Positions 36,911 through 50,105 of a stretch of DNA of 64,000 bases are shown here, piece after piece; within the stretch, counting starts at the first letter, position 1; each line of letters begins with the position of its first letter. The translations under genes and the position numbers were made by a program. The stretch comes from Vicugna vicugna (taxonomy: Eukaryota), in NCBI GenBank assembly GCA_013265495.1, contig MU058636.1, positions 3,645,967 to 3,709,966 of the forward strand, read 5' to 3'. Under the pieces are notes generated by a model that had not been told where the DNA came from, searched no databases, and worked only from the letters and a program-made list of their open reading frames with translations.

Positions 36911-38929
36911 CCCTGTTGTCAAGGATTTGCTGCAAAATAGTGTGGGGGAGGGGAGAAGTGAGTTGGGGTCTAGTTGAAAGGAGACTGGCCCTGAGCTGCT
37001 AAGTATTGCTGCTGGGTGGCGGGGGGTATTACATTCGCTTTGTTTTGTGTGGGCTTGAACGTTGCTGTGATAAATGTTTACAGAAGAATTCTTTAAACTG
37101 CAAAAGAAACAAAATGGGGAAAAAAGAATCCTTTAAACTGCAAACAGACAAAACCAAGCCATAGCAAAACACCCTCTCTGGCCGCTCTGGGGAACGGACT
37201 TGGGAAGGAAACCCAGCTGGAGGGTTTCTGCGATGTTTCGGGCAAGGCCCTGTGGGGCGTGGCTCAGAGGGCAGGAGACGCGAGGTCAGAGGGGGTGTTT
37301 TGGGGCCGGAGCCCATTGGACTTGCTGGTGGACTGGAGGTGGGGGTGAGGGGGGAGAGGGGTCAGCACAAAGGACTATAAGGCAAGTCATTATCTCCAAA
37401 TGAGCCTCCTGCCGCTAGCTGGGGTTCAGCTGCTGAGCTGCACGAACTAGCTTATTGGTTGGAGGATGGGTATTAATCCCGTCTTTTATTTTCTCTATTT
37501 CCTGGTGCTTCGACCTGCGGGCCTTGCTGGTCCTGGAGGGACTGCCCCTTCCAGGGTTAGCGATTCCTAGAAAGAGGTAACACCTGGCCCTCAAGCATGC
37601 TTTCCACGTGCAAACCAACCCACCTGGGGCCCACAGCCCACAGCCCAGCGCCTCCTTTACCTGCAGGGCTCTTACACTCAGGACGACAGTTCCCCGGCCC
37701 TAAGCACCCCAGGCCCCGGCACAGACAGCTCAGGACAGCCCCGACAGCTCAGAGCCTGCGGAAACTCTTCCCCGAAGAGTCCTAAGCCTGCGTGCACTGC
37801 CTTGTCCGTTGCTTCCTGCGCATGAACCGTGATGAAAGCCCGTCCCTGCCCAGTGCCTGCCTCTCCCTCTGCCTCCGGACTAACCTGTGCTTCACCCCTG
37901 CCACCCCCGCCTCTGTGGCCCTGCTCCCTCTGCTCTTGGAAACGGGAGTCTCAGACCGCATCTCCTGATCTGCTGGCCTGACCACACCTGGACAGTCACA
38001 CAACTCGCATTTTAAAACCCGAGGAGATTGCCTGGTGCCACTCAAGCAGGCATCAGAAGATCTCCCACCAAAATGGAGGCCCCTCAACAGTGGCGGCTGA
38101 CGTCCTTCCTGGTCTGTCTGCAGGGATCTGTGTCTGCCACCCACCTCCTGCTTACAGGCAGGTGTCTCAGAGTGGTCTGTGCTGTCCACCCATTATGTCT
38201 TACCAGGAGTAAACCCAGGAGGACTGCTCTTTTCCAAGCCCCCAGTTTAAGCCAAGTTGCAAAGGGGGAATTTGATGAAAGGAGAGGTGCTTCATTGGTA
38301 AATGGTCCTTTCCTCTCTCTCTCTCCCCTGAGTAGGGGATGCAGGGCAGCCAGTGGAGCCTCCTCTGCCACCTGCTAGAGCCTTCCAGAAGAGGGAAGCA
38401 GTGAACGAGGGCTGCAGAAGGTAACTGAAAAGTCTCTTGTGCTCTTAAACAGGGCTGCTCGGTCCACAGGTCCAGGGGAGTGGTAGCAGTGTGGATGGTG
38501 CCCAGAGCTTATGGGGCCCTGGCTCTTCCAAGAAGGTATGAAAAGTGGCAGGAGGTCAAAAAGTCATGGGAGTTTTCTTTCCTACAGGCTGTGTGACCTG
38601 CTGCCACGGCAGGGACACTCATGGTCCCCGTGTGAGAGCTGTTGCTGGATGAGGCTGCCCACTGAGGGTTCCAGCTCGCACGTCCCCGCCCAGTCCCTGT
38701 GTCACAGGGCACGGCTTCCGGCCACATTCAGGGCAGAGCCAGGCTTGTGGGGAACTGGACCTGGTCACTGCTGCCAGAGGTTTCCATCCTCAGTCCCCAA
38801 GGAGCCAAGTCAGTCCATTGCTGCCAGGAAGCTTCACACTCTGTGCTTTGGGGATTACAGGAAACACACACACACACAGAGCACAAAGCCAGCACCAGCG
38901 GGGAGTAACCTACCGAGGAAACAGATCAG

Positions 38930-39600
38930 GTACCGCCCTGGGGGCACGAGAGGCCGGGTCTGAAACTGCCCCCTCCCCCCGCCCCCAGGCGTGGTGTCCA
39001 GTGAGCCCGCCCTGCCCGGGGTGATGGGGTCAAGGCCAAGGCACGACCCGCGCCTGCCTGGCGCGCCCTCTGAAGCCAGCCGGAGGCAGCAGCGGCTGAG
39101 CTCTGCCCCAGGAGCTCTCACACAGCCATCCAACCAGCCCTTGTCGCACAAGCCACTGCTTCTGACAGGCGGCCCGCGGGGCAGGCGCCGGCCACCGGGC
39201 AGGTGCGGAGCCTCCGTCCTGTGGCCCCTTCTACCATTTTCCTTCCCCCTCACCCCCACCCAGCTGACTCCCCAGAGACCCGGCCCGAGGATTCATCCCG
39301 AGGACCGACAAGATGCGGGCTGGTAGAGCCGGCTGCGTGGAGCCGAGGCTGGGATCCCAGACGCTCCCTCCTCGTGGGTCCTTCGCGCAGTTAGCCTGAC
39401 TTCAGCAGAAACCCACAGCGGAGGACCCGGAGCTGCGCCAGCACCTGCAGCTGAAGAATTCAGAACCACAAGTAATGGGTCTAAATTGGCAGGTTTCGTG
39501 CAGTCCCGCCAGTCTGCGAGCGAACAGCTGCCACGGGTCACGTAAAACGTACGTAGCTTTAATACACAGTTTCGTTTGCGGGACTAGCCGTCTGGGTGCA
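38930..39600. promoter_or_regulatory. CpG-island-like GC-rich region
   Basis: Dense CpGs (gcgcgcc, ggcggcccgcggggcaggcgccggcc) and GC boxes (ccccgcccc, cccgccc) against a CpG-poorer background. Judged by eye. Confidence 0.6.
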
Positions 39601-39874
39601 GATAATCAAAGGATGGCTCGGGGTGGAGAATTTAATACAAGAATCCAGCCGGGGCGGCCAAGCCATATATGTGCTAATGTTGCCATTTCCACCCTGGACT
39701 TCAGGTCAAGATTAATTTAGTGAAACATATTATTCATGATGCAGTAGATACATTCTGAGTTGGAGAGCCTTGTAGGGGCAGGGGACAGGGTCCAGGAAGA
39801 GAGATGAGGCAGGGGTGGTTTTGCCAAATGGCAAAAGTGGGGCGTTCTCTGAGAGAGGGTTCAGTGGAGAGTGG

Positions 39875-40136
39875 TATTTTTCTTTGCCTCAACTACTCAA
39901 CTCTGCTGTTGTAACTCCCAAAGCAGCCCCAGATGGTACGTAAATGATGTTTCTGCTTCTAACAGAGCTTTATTTGTGGATACTACATTGGTGTTTCACG
40001 TGATTTCACATTTTATGAAATCTTTTAATTTTTTCCCTGCCATTTAAAAATGTACAGATAATTCTTAGTTCATAAGCACTGCAAACCTAGTTGGCGGGCC
40101 AGAGCTGGTCCACAGACATGGTTTACCTGACCCTTG
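39875..40136. mobile_element. MER58-like hAT-Charlie element
   Basis: caactactcaactctgctgttgta...aaagcagcc...tttatttgtgga...tggcgggccaga...tgacccttg. Confidence 0.7.
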
Positions 40137-40914
40137 AGGTGGTGTAAGGATTCCCTCTACCCATCAGCCAGTTTCAACCAAAATCAACTCATGGACGGTC
40201 TTGTTTCATTTCTTCCACCTATTCCTTCTCCCTTCCCCTGGATTCTTGGAAGCAAATGTTAATCAACAAATTAGTTCATTCATATTCGTATTTCAGTGTT
40301 GATCTCCAAAAGAGGACTCCTATTTTAAGCATAAGACTACAATATCACTCTCACATCAAAAAATATTAACAATAATTCTTTAATATCATAAAATATCCAA
40401 TTGATATTCAGTTTTTTTCAGCTGTCTCATCAATGTTTATTGTTACATGTTTTGAGTTGTTTCCCCTACAAGTTTGTTTGTTTCAGTCAGGATCTGAACA
40501 AGTTCCCTGTATCACAACTGCTTGATGGATCTCTCGAGTTTCTTTTAATCTGTGAGTTCTCTTCCTCTCTCTGTTTTGTTTCTCTTTACACATCGTTTGT
40601 TAGAGAAATTGTGTTTTGTTCTCTGTGTTTGGTTTCCTAGAGTCCGCATTTTGCTGGTTGCATCCCGGAGCTGTGGTTGGACGTGTTGCTTTGTTCTGTG
40701 TATTTTCTACAGTGCGAGGATATTTTCTGCCCATTGGAAGTTAGAGCGAGAGGCTTGATGAGATTCAAGTTTTCTTGTGTTTTCAGTTTGTCTTTTGGTG
40801 CGATTAGGGTGGTGTTCTGTTCTTCCGTCAGGAGGCACATAGCCTGTGGTTGTCTCTCTCTTTGAACGTTGGCTGCGACTGATGATTGTTGCCTAGATCA
40901 ATTGTCTCTCTGAA

Positions 40915-42980
40915 AAATAATTAGACTTTTTTAAAAAGCTGTTTTAGATTTACAGGGAAGTTGAGCAGCTAGTACAGACAGTTCCCACAGACACCCTCGC
41001 TGCCACCCACAGTGTCCCCTGTTACTAACATCCAGCAGTGGCCTGTTCCTTTGTTACAACCCATGAACCAATGTTGATAAATTCTTATTTAGTCTGTTGT
41101 TTACATTATGGTTCACACTTTGTTTTATATAATTCTGTGGTTTTGACAAATGTGTAATGACATGTGTCCACTATTACAGGATTATGAAGAATAGTTTCAC
41201 TGCCCTGACAATCCCCGTCCATCCACCCCTGCACCTCTAAATCCCTGGCAGCCACCGATCCTTTTACAGTTTCCATAGTTTTGCCTTTTCCAGAATTTCA
41301 TGTAGTTAGAATCATACAGTAGGCAGGTAGACTTTTCAGATCGACTTTGTTCCCTTAACAACATGCATTTAAGTTTCCTCTATGTCTTTTCTGTGGTTTG
41401 ATAGCTCATTTCTTTTTTGTTTCTGTTGTTTTTTTGGCGGGGGGCGGGTGTTTAGGTTTATTTATTTATTTATTTTAATGGAGGTACTGTGAATTGAACT
41501 CAGGCCCTTCTGCATGCTAAGCACTGCACTCTACCACTGAGCCATACCCTCCCCCGAGATAACTCATTTCTTTTCATTGCTGAGTAGTATTCCATTTTAT
41601 AGACATACCATAGTTTGTCAATCCATTCATCTACTAAAGATTCCAATTTAGGGCAATTATGAATAAAACTGTTATAAACATTCATGTGCAAATTTTTGCA
41701 TTGACATAAGTTTTTAACTTGGGCAAAACCCAAGGAGCATGATTTCTGAAATGTATGGTAAGAATATGTTTAGCTTTTAAGAAACTGCCAAACTGTCTTC
41801 CAAAGTGGCTGTATCATTTTTGCATTCCCACTGGCAATGAGTGAGAATTCCTCTTGTCCCACATCCTTGCCAGCTTTTTAGATTGTCACTTTTTGGGATT
41901 TTGGCCTTTCTAATAGGTGTGCAGTGGACTCTCACTGTTGTTTGAATTTGCATTTCCATAATGACATGATGTAGAGCATCTTTTCAGATCCTTGTTTGCC
42001 ATCTGTGTGTTTTCTTTGGTGAGCTGTCTTTGCCCATTTATAAATTGAATTTTTTTTAAGTTGTTGAGCTTTAAGAGTTCTTTATAGATGATAGACACAA
42101 GTCCTTTTTCAGATTTGTGTTTTGTAAACATTTCCTCCAAGACTATAGTTTGTCTTCACAATGTCTTTCACAGAAGTTTTTAATTTAATAAAGTCCAGTT
42201 TATTTGTTTTTTTTCTTTCTTGGGTCACGCTTTTGGTGTTGTATCTGAAAACTCATTACCAAAACCAAAGTCATTTAGATGTTTTTTCCTTTGTTATTTT
42301 TGAAAACAACAAGTTTTTACATTTTGTATTTTACATTTAGGTCTATGGTCCATTTTGAGTTAGTTTTGTGAAGGGTGTAAGGTCTGTGTCTAGATTCATT
42401 TTATGTGGATGTCCAGTTGTTCCAGCATCATTTGTTGAAAAGACTGTCTTTTCTCCATTGTATTGTCTTAGCTCCTTTGTCAAAGATCGAATGACTGTAT
42501 CTGTGCAGGTCTACTTCCAGGCTCTTTATTCTGTTCCATCAATCTATTTTCTCACCAATTCCACACTGTCTTGATTTACTGTAGCTTTACAGTAAGTATT
42601 GAAGTTCAGGTAGTATCAGTTCTCCAGCTTTATTTTCCTTCAGTACTTTGTTGGCTATTCTGGGTCTTCTGCCTCTTCATAAAAACTTTAGAATCAGTAT
42701 TTTGGTATCCACAAAATAACTTGCTGGAATTTTGATTGAGATAGCATTGAATCTATAGATCAACTTGGGAAGAATTGACTTAATAATATTGTCTTCTTAT
42801 CCATAAATCTGAAATCTCTCTCCATTTATTTAAATTTTCTTTGATTTCTTTCATCAAAATTGTGTAGTTTTCTTCAGATAGATCCTGTGCACATTATGTG
42901 AGATTTCTACCTAAGTATCACATCTTTTGGATGCTCATGTAAATAGTATTGTGCTTTTCATTGCAAATTCAATTTTTCAT
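40915..42980 (-). mobile_element. Old L1 (L1MA/L1MB-like) 3' UTR and ORF2 remnant, within a larger older L1 block (~40140-44430)
   Basis: Degenerate ORF2 peptides on the minus strand (QIQTTVRVHCTPIRKAKI; KGLVSIIYKELLKLNN...QMANKDLKRCSTS) and an L1M-type 3' end (ttttagatttacagggaagttgagcag). Confidence 0.85.
41417..41555 (-). mobile_element. Vic-1-like SINE with TSD, inserted in L1
   Basis: tRNA-like head on the minus strand. TSD GATAGCTCATTTCTTTT (41400-41416) / GATAACTCATTTCTTTT (41558-41574). Confidence 0.9.
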
Positions 42981-43400
42981 GCTGGGGCAGGCCCATTCGT
43001 TTTTTAGGAGTTGCAGAATGGTGATATTCTATCATTCATTCTTCATTTATTAGCTGACACTTCTGTATACAAAATTTCCCATCATCAACTCTTTGGGTAT
43101 TCAGAAGAATGCATCCTTTAGGAAAGAACGTATCTTTATGTGATACTTTCTTTAATTATTATTATGAAAGATATTTTGTGTTTCAGTCTATTGTACTTAG
43201 TATCCTTATTGGTGCAAACTGTCTCTGTAGCACTGGGGCCTTTTCAGCTGACATCTGACATGACCCGTGGTCTTTGATAGTTTCTGTCCTTATGGGATGA
43301 AATGGTCCAGGCTTATCTTATACACATCCCTTCTCTGACCTGTTACCAGCCATTTCTTCAAGGAGCCCAGGTTCCTTTTAATAGGAAATGGTGTTTCACA

Positions 43401-43528
43401 GGGGAGGGTATAGCTCAGCGGTAGAGCGCACGCTCAGTATGCACGACGTCCTGGGTTCAATCCCCAGTACCTCCATTAAATAAAAAAAAAACCTAATCAC
43501 ACCCCCCCCAAACCGCCGCCCCCAAAAA
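43401..43528 (+). mobile_element. Vic-1-like SINE, full length, with TSD
   Basis: GGGGAGGGTATAGCTCAGCGGTAGAGCG...GGTTCAATCCCCAGTACCTCCA with A box 43411-43421 and B box 43454-43463. TSD AGGAAATGGTGTTT at 43383-43396 and 43529-43542. Confidence 0.92.
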
Positions 43529-44016
43529 AGGAAATGGTGTTTAGAAGCCACTGAAATGCACATCCGTTTGGAATTATACATTTCATTTGTTTAAGATTGA
43601 ATGTATCATGAACTTATACTGATACATTCAATTTAGAACAATGAGGTTTTCACTTAGTCCTGTTGGTTTTGTAACATTTTCCTTTTTTCCATGCTAAAAT
43701 TGCTTTATTACACAGCACACATACAATAACACGACGTCCTGGGTTCAATCCAAAGTACCTCCATTAAATAAAAAAAAAACCTAATCACACCCCCCCCAAA
43801 CCGCCACCCCCAAAAAAGGAAATGGTGTTTAGAAGCCACTGAAATGCACATCCGTTTGGAATTATACATTTCATTTGTTTAAGATTGAATGTATCATGAA
43901 CTTATACTGATACATTCAATTTAGAACAATGAGGTTTTCACTTAGTCCTGTTGGTTTTGTAACATTTTCCTTTTTTCCATGCTAAAATTGCTTTATTACA
44001 CAGCACACATACAATA
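43442..44016 (+). repeat. Direct tandem duplication, 2 x 287 bp (period 288)
   Basis: 43442-43728 and 43730-44016 differ at 3 positions by my reading (ccccagt/ccaaagt, gccgcc/gccacc). Confidence 0.95.
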
Positions 44017-44689
44017 GCCTCAGAATATAATACCACTGTTACCACCACCAATATATTTATTGGAAACAGTTTAGGTTTTTCTTCTTTTCCTTTTCTAGCC
44101 CCTGCCTTTCGAATGCAATAGCCCATTAGAGAGATACAATAAAATACAGTGTTTTAAAGTTTCCTGATCTCATTGCCGTTTGTGTGGTCATGCCACCAAG
44201 AGGTCGTGGAGTGAAGTTTGTTTGTTTCCATTTGGTTTTGCTTTTTAAAAGTTTAGGCATTTAAAAATTGCTACACGCATTTGTCTTTTCATATTTTTGC
44301 CAGTTTATCTCTGGAATGAGTTCTTAGAACTGGGATTGCTGTTTCAAAGGGCAAATACATATGTAATTTTGCTAGATACTGCCAAATTCCCCTCAGCAGG
44401 GGTTGTACCATTTTACATTTTACTGGCAAAAAGAACCTGAGTCCCCATCTTAAAGGTTCATCCTTTACATTCGTAAAGCATGTGAAGTGTTTTCTTACAA
44501 CATATTTTATTTTGTCCCGGCAACAGCACTGGAAGTTAGGTACCATTCTCACTCTGACTTTATAGATGAGGAAACTAAGGCCCCAGAGAGCCAGAGTCCT
44601 GCACATGACAGAGAATGAGCTGATTGGAGCCCCAGTTCCACGCTTGGCCATAGAGCATCCTTGGGCGAGACGCGGTGTCCTGCCTCTGG

Positions 44690-45035
44690 TGCCCAAGTGG
44701 CTCTCTGCTTGCCAGCCTCGGAGTTTTCTTTGTGGCTGTGGAAATTTGCCAAGTGTGGCCCAGTGCAGATTGGAAGTGTGGGATAGTTATTACGCTCTGG
44801 GGTGTCCCCCAGCCCATGGGAACGGGAGCCCCCGACGTCCTTCAGAGGCACAGGATGCCTCTGGTGAGATGGAGCCCACAGGCACAGCCCTGACCTGCCC
44901 AGTAGCTCACCTGTCAGTGGCTTTCCCTTCCTTCCTGCCTCCCTCCCTCCTTCTTCCTGGGATTGCCTTCCAAGTAACCACACCAGACCCAAGTCCCCGT
45001 TTTGGGCTTTGTTTCAGGGAAACCCAAACCAGACA
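44690..45035 (+). mobile_element. ERVL-class LTR fragment (LTR16/LTR33-like)
   Basis: 3' end ccaagtccccgtttgggctttgtttcagggaaacccaaaccagaca. Confidence 0.5.
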
Positions 45036-47329
45036 AACAGAAACAGCATCTGCCTGGCCCGGAGCCGGGCTGAGTCATGCTCCAGGCACCTCAAGGTCCC
45101 AGATCGGTGGACTGTAGCTCCAGCTCCCTGGGGCTGCAGCGCCTCCATGGGGCCACCCCATGGCTGATCCCTGGCCTTTTCCTCTATCCATGGTCACACT
45201 GCACTCTTGGAACAGATGCGATGGGAAGTTCGGTTCTATTGAGGCCTTCCCTGTTGGCACCTCATCCTTGGTCTCCCCAGACCATTGCTTTGTGAGCTGA
45301 ACGATTTTGTCTGAAATTGGACCATCACTGGTAGGGAGAGTGGAGGGCTAAGTTGTGGCCCTGGACTGGCCTCAGCATTCTTTGGTTTAGAAGACACTTG
45401 CTCAGGACGCCGTCGTCTTTCCTTGATGTCTGGAAGGGCACCACTGGACACAGGGTCTTCTACGTCCAAAACCTGGGAAGGGGAAGAAGATGCCAGTACC
45501 TGCTGGCGATGCAGTGCAGTTGCCCAGGTGGCCCTGATGGCCTCGATGCCTCGGCCAAGGCCGTGTGACCCACGGACCAGCTTGGCGGAGGCTGCTTAAC
45601 TCAGGGAGGAGCCACTTCTCCAAGGCCCCATCACTCGCTCATCTTCCATGGCCTGGTCTGGGTGGGTCCCTGGGGGGCTACACACTTGAGCCCTTCATAC
45701 TCATGGGACCACTCCTCACCTGGGCCTCACTGAGCACTTTTCCATCCTCCCACAACCATCTCATATAAACCATTAATGCAGAGGCCGAAGTGCCCCTCAG
45801 GAGGGCTCCAAACTCAGTCCCCTCCACCCCTTCGGTAAGAAGAGAGAAATGGGCTAGTTGAGGTGCAGGACTCGCCCTCAACACACAGCTCTTGGTGCTT
45901 CCTTGTTCCACTTTCAGCTGGAGTCTCCTCTCCCACAGAGACTGAGGGTGAGGGCATGGCCCTTGGCTATTGCACTCCTTCATTCATTTACTGGACAAAT
46001 GGCAGAGGGCAAGAGGCCAATGCCAGTGAAGAAGAGGCTCAGAGCTCCTGGTCTGGAGGGGGTACACGTACCTGAGTCCACATCAGATGCAGGGTGAGGG
46101 TGAGGATGTGGGAGTGGGGGCCGCTATGGAAATGACGAGGGCAGAGCTTTAAAGAAAAAGAGAGGACAGAAGGGGGTTCCTGGAAGAAGTGACAGCTCAG
46201 CTTAGGGTGAGGGGTGAGTAAGACTTAGACACGCCCAGAGGAAGGACAAGGGAGAAGAGGGTCCTGGGACGAACCGGACTGGAAACTCTGGAGGCAAGGG
46301 AGGAGCCATGGGCATTGAAGATGTAAGTTGTGGTCTGCGTGGTTATAGTTAATGGAATTGCAGGTGGATTCCTTAGCAGTCCCACAGCAGTCTCTGGGTG
46401 GCCAGGTTTTGGAAATCCAAGTCTGTGACACGATCATCAATGTCGCAGGTCCTGCTTCCTTATTGTGCCTGGTGTTACCCGCCCGGATACTTCCCACGTA
46501 GGCAGAAATGCCTGTCTCTCGGGAGTCTTCACATGTCTTCTCCTAGCCTGGTGGGAGCCACCATGGACCAAAATCTGATAGTGACTGGTGTACCAGGGAA
46601 TTCTGAGTGCTAGCCTGCCAGTTAAAGGCAACATAAAAAATGCAGATTAAACCGTGATTTGATTATAGAAAACTGTATCTGGGGAGAGAGAGAAAGGGAA
46701 AAATGTTTCTCGAGTGTTTAACAATCTGAATTTGCCTTTGTTTACTAGAATAAAAAGTTGGCTGTGAGTTAATGGGCCAATAATGACACTACACCTCCAT
46801 CAGCATGTTCGGTGGGAGGGGCCAATAAATAAAAATAAAGATCTTTGTTCCCAGATCAAATATATCCTGGACCTGCTTGATGGGGGTTAATAAAATTAGT
46901 GACCAAGGTAAATGAGCAGCCAGCCTGGAGCAAGCTTCTGGATTTTGTGCAGGAGAGCCCTGAAAATAAAACTTTGCGGCCCATTTTCTCTCGCCCGCAG
47001 CATACAGTGAGCCCGCCCCACCATCCCTGTCCCCTTTTGCTGTGTGGACACGATCTCTTCAGACTGTCCGGGGCACGCCGAAGCACATCTGACTGAAACT
47101 TTGTGATCAACGAGTTTCTAAAAATTGCGAGCCTGTGTTGTTGGTGGTCTGCCCCCCTAAGCCTTTTCCCTAAGGTTTCTCCTGTGTAGAAATAACAATG
47201 GTCCTTTGACTTGGCTGTTAATGTCCTAATGAATTGCCTAGAACAATGAATCAGTGTAGATATGAAATTTAGGAAGTTTGATGTGAACTTACGTGCGTCA
47301 CATCATCTCCACATTTCACAGGCATTTCC

Positions 47330-48345
47330 CAGAAGCCCGAAGTTCATTCTTTTCTCTTTCTCATCTCACTCATTCATGCCCGTGACACCAATGACTATCT
47401 AGACAGAGATGAATTAATTCCCAGTTTGTATCTCTAGCTCCCATCTGTTATCTGCACATCCCCAAACAGCTATTCAGCGTCACCCCTTGGATGTTTCTCT
47501 GCCACCCCATCCTGCAGATCTGGTCCACTTCTGGTGAAGGAGACCACCATCTTTAAGTTACACAAATCAGAAGCAGGAGAATCCATTCTGATGCACCCCT
47601 CCCCCTCGTTCCCAGAAATCTGTTTGTTCCCAGTGCTTGTGTATTTCATCTCCTGCATGACACTTGCATCCAACCCCTTATTCCATCTGTTCTCCTCCGA
47701 CTTTTCCTGTCTCAATACCAACCACCTACGGCTAACTAGCTTCCTAACTAGTCTTCCTCTGCTTCTGCACTTCTTCGATCCATCCTCCACGTTGCCACCT
47801 AAACATTATTTCTCTGTGTGAATCTGCTTGAGTTATCCCTTCTTCAAACCTTTGATGGGTTCCAGTTGCTTTTCGGATAAAGATTGGTTCTTGAAGGGGG
47901 CTCCCGGCTCCAACGCGTCACATCCTGTCTGCGCGTCTCCTGGCTCTTCCTGCTCAGGAGACCCCCGTGTTCTTCACAGCACATCCCACGGCTGGGACCC
48001 TGCCCCACTCACTCCTTGCCCAGGCTGCTCCTGTGGCCTCCCTGACCCCAAGCATCCTTTGTGTCTCAGCTCAGGCTGTGTCCCTTTCTCGGTCACAGCT
48101 TCCCTTGCCCTCAGCTTGGACCAGGTGTTTGGTTACTTGCTCTCAGAGAGCTGCTCTGTCTGTGCTAACACTCAGCCCAGCTTGGGGTTATATATTTGCA
48201 TGTGTCATCGTCCAATCCCATCTCTCCCTCACTAGCTCAGAGCAAGACCAGGAACTGTGTCTGTTTTTACCACTGGACCCACAGCCACTTGCACAGTGCC
48301 TAGCACCACGTGCCTGCCTGATACATGCAGACTGAGTGAATAAAG
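47330..48345 (+). mobile_element. L2 LINE fragments
   Basis: Pyrimidine-rich L2-like body ending cacagtgcctagcacc...tgagtgaataaa. Confidence 0.55.
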
Positions 48346-49934
48346 CAACCCAATCGCCTCTGGAAATGGCCTCTGAAGTCTGTGCTAACACACCAGAATC
48401 ATCTAAAATAGGCATCTCTGGGAAAAAGTGTGTTAGACACCATGAAGAAGAATTCCAACAGAAGAGAACGCTCTGAACCTTTAAGGCACACATCCTAGGG
48501 AGACGGAGTCTAGAATGAATAGCTTGTCAGTTTAATGACGAGTTTGATGTTTCCTTTCCTGTAGGACTGTGACTAATGTAACAGGACTGTAGATATAATT
48601 AGCCCTGGTGTTTGTGCCTTACCTTTTGCATTTATCAGTTTTTGTGGAAGTAAATCTTGAATCCTGAGCTGTCATTGAAGTGGAGGCTGAATTGCAATGA
48701 CATCACAGTGATAACGATGTGGAATATTTACGACTGAGCTCTTTGGTGTGTGCACTTGTGATGTCCCTTCTGTTCAGTGTTACTCTAACTCCATGATAAT
48801 TATTGGGCTGATGATTTGTTAAAACAATATAGACACACATTTCAGAAGAGAATTAGGTGCCATCATGTGATAACCTGCTCTAAGCAGAGAATGATGGAAA
48901 ACACTGAGATTTGCTTCCAGCGATTCAGAACTAATCCTGAACGAATAATAAACTAGGTCATACAGTTAGGTCTACAGAGAATAAGTACATCCTCTGAGCC
49001 ATTAAGACTTTGGAAACCAGTACAGCTTCCGAATGGGAGAAACTAGTTAATTTCCACTTACTGTGATGACCTCAGGGGAGCCTCAGTCAGATTTTAGAAA
49101 TGTCACAAATAAACTGAACACTGGTGTCCTGGATTAAACAAGGGTCAAGAACACAGCAGGATGGGGAGGAGCTCGTGTGATAGGGGTATCTGTGTGTCGG
49201 CCAGGAAAGAATTTGCAGGTACATTTTAAGCTTTCAATCTAGTACATAACTCCCATTGACAGTAATAGGACTTGAACACCTGGACAAAGAGAGCAAAATG
49301 CAAACAAATTCTCAAGGCAGAGTGTAAACTAGTTACATAAGAGAAAATGGAACCAGGGATTTGCTAGGTGGGTCTAAGAGGGGGAAAACATTAATAAGCA
49401 TCACCTATTAACAAATGGGTCCAAAACCATCCTCTCAATCCTCTTAGTGCTGACAGATGTGACATTACTCTCTGAGCAGTGGGTGTGACCAAGGAAATAC
49501 ACTATTCCTGATTTTTATGCTTGGAACATCTTATACACAAATGGACCTTTTTCAGGAATTGGACACACGGACTGACACAGCTAAATAAGGAAAGCCAGTA
49601 CATTAATCTAGTTTAGCTCCAATTCACTGAGAGCTGCAGCTTCCTAATATTTTAAATAAAAAAGAAAATCTCTCATTTTCATTCATCAGGCTGTGCCTAT
49701 GCCATAAAGGCAAAATTTAGTTCATTTTGGCCAAATTTTGACCATTTTGACTCATTCAGGAGGTCAAGGAAGTAGAAAGTGTTCGATTGATTTCTTTCCC
49801 CTGTGACTTCTCCAGGTCGCCTGTTAGAAGGATTTGTAGCCATAAATCACACCTACTTCCTTGGTTATTATGTGCCTACTCTTTCATCCAAATCTCAGAA
49901 ACGGAGGGAATGTCTTTGAAATAAATCTGAGAGT

Positions 49935-50105
49935 GTAGTTCCCAAACCAAGCTGATTAATAGAATCGCCTGGGGAGCTTTAAAAACATACAGATTCCTGG
50001 ATCCCATCCCAGGTCCACTGAATCAGAAACTCTCCTGACGGTGGGGCCAGGAACAAAGGTCCCCAGGAGATGCTGATGCAGTCAGCCGGGGCCAGCAACT
50101 GGAAG
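49935..50105. mobile_element. MER5A-like MITE
   Basis: agaatcgcctggggagctttaaaaacatacagattcctgg...tgaatcagaaactct. Confidence 0.7.

Noticed and set aside
43401..43475. tRNA-Ala-like gene
   Set aside because: It has an A-rich tail, a TSD and three related copies in the window, so it is a tRNA-derived SINE.
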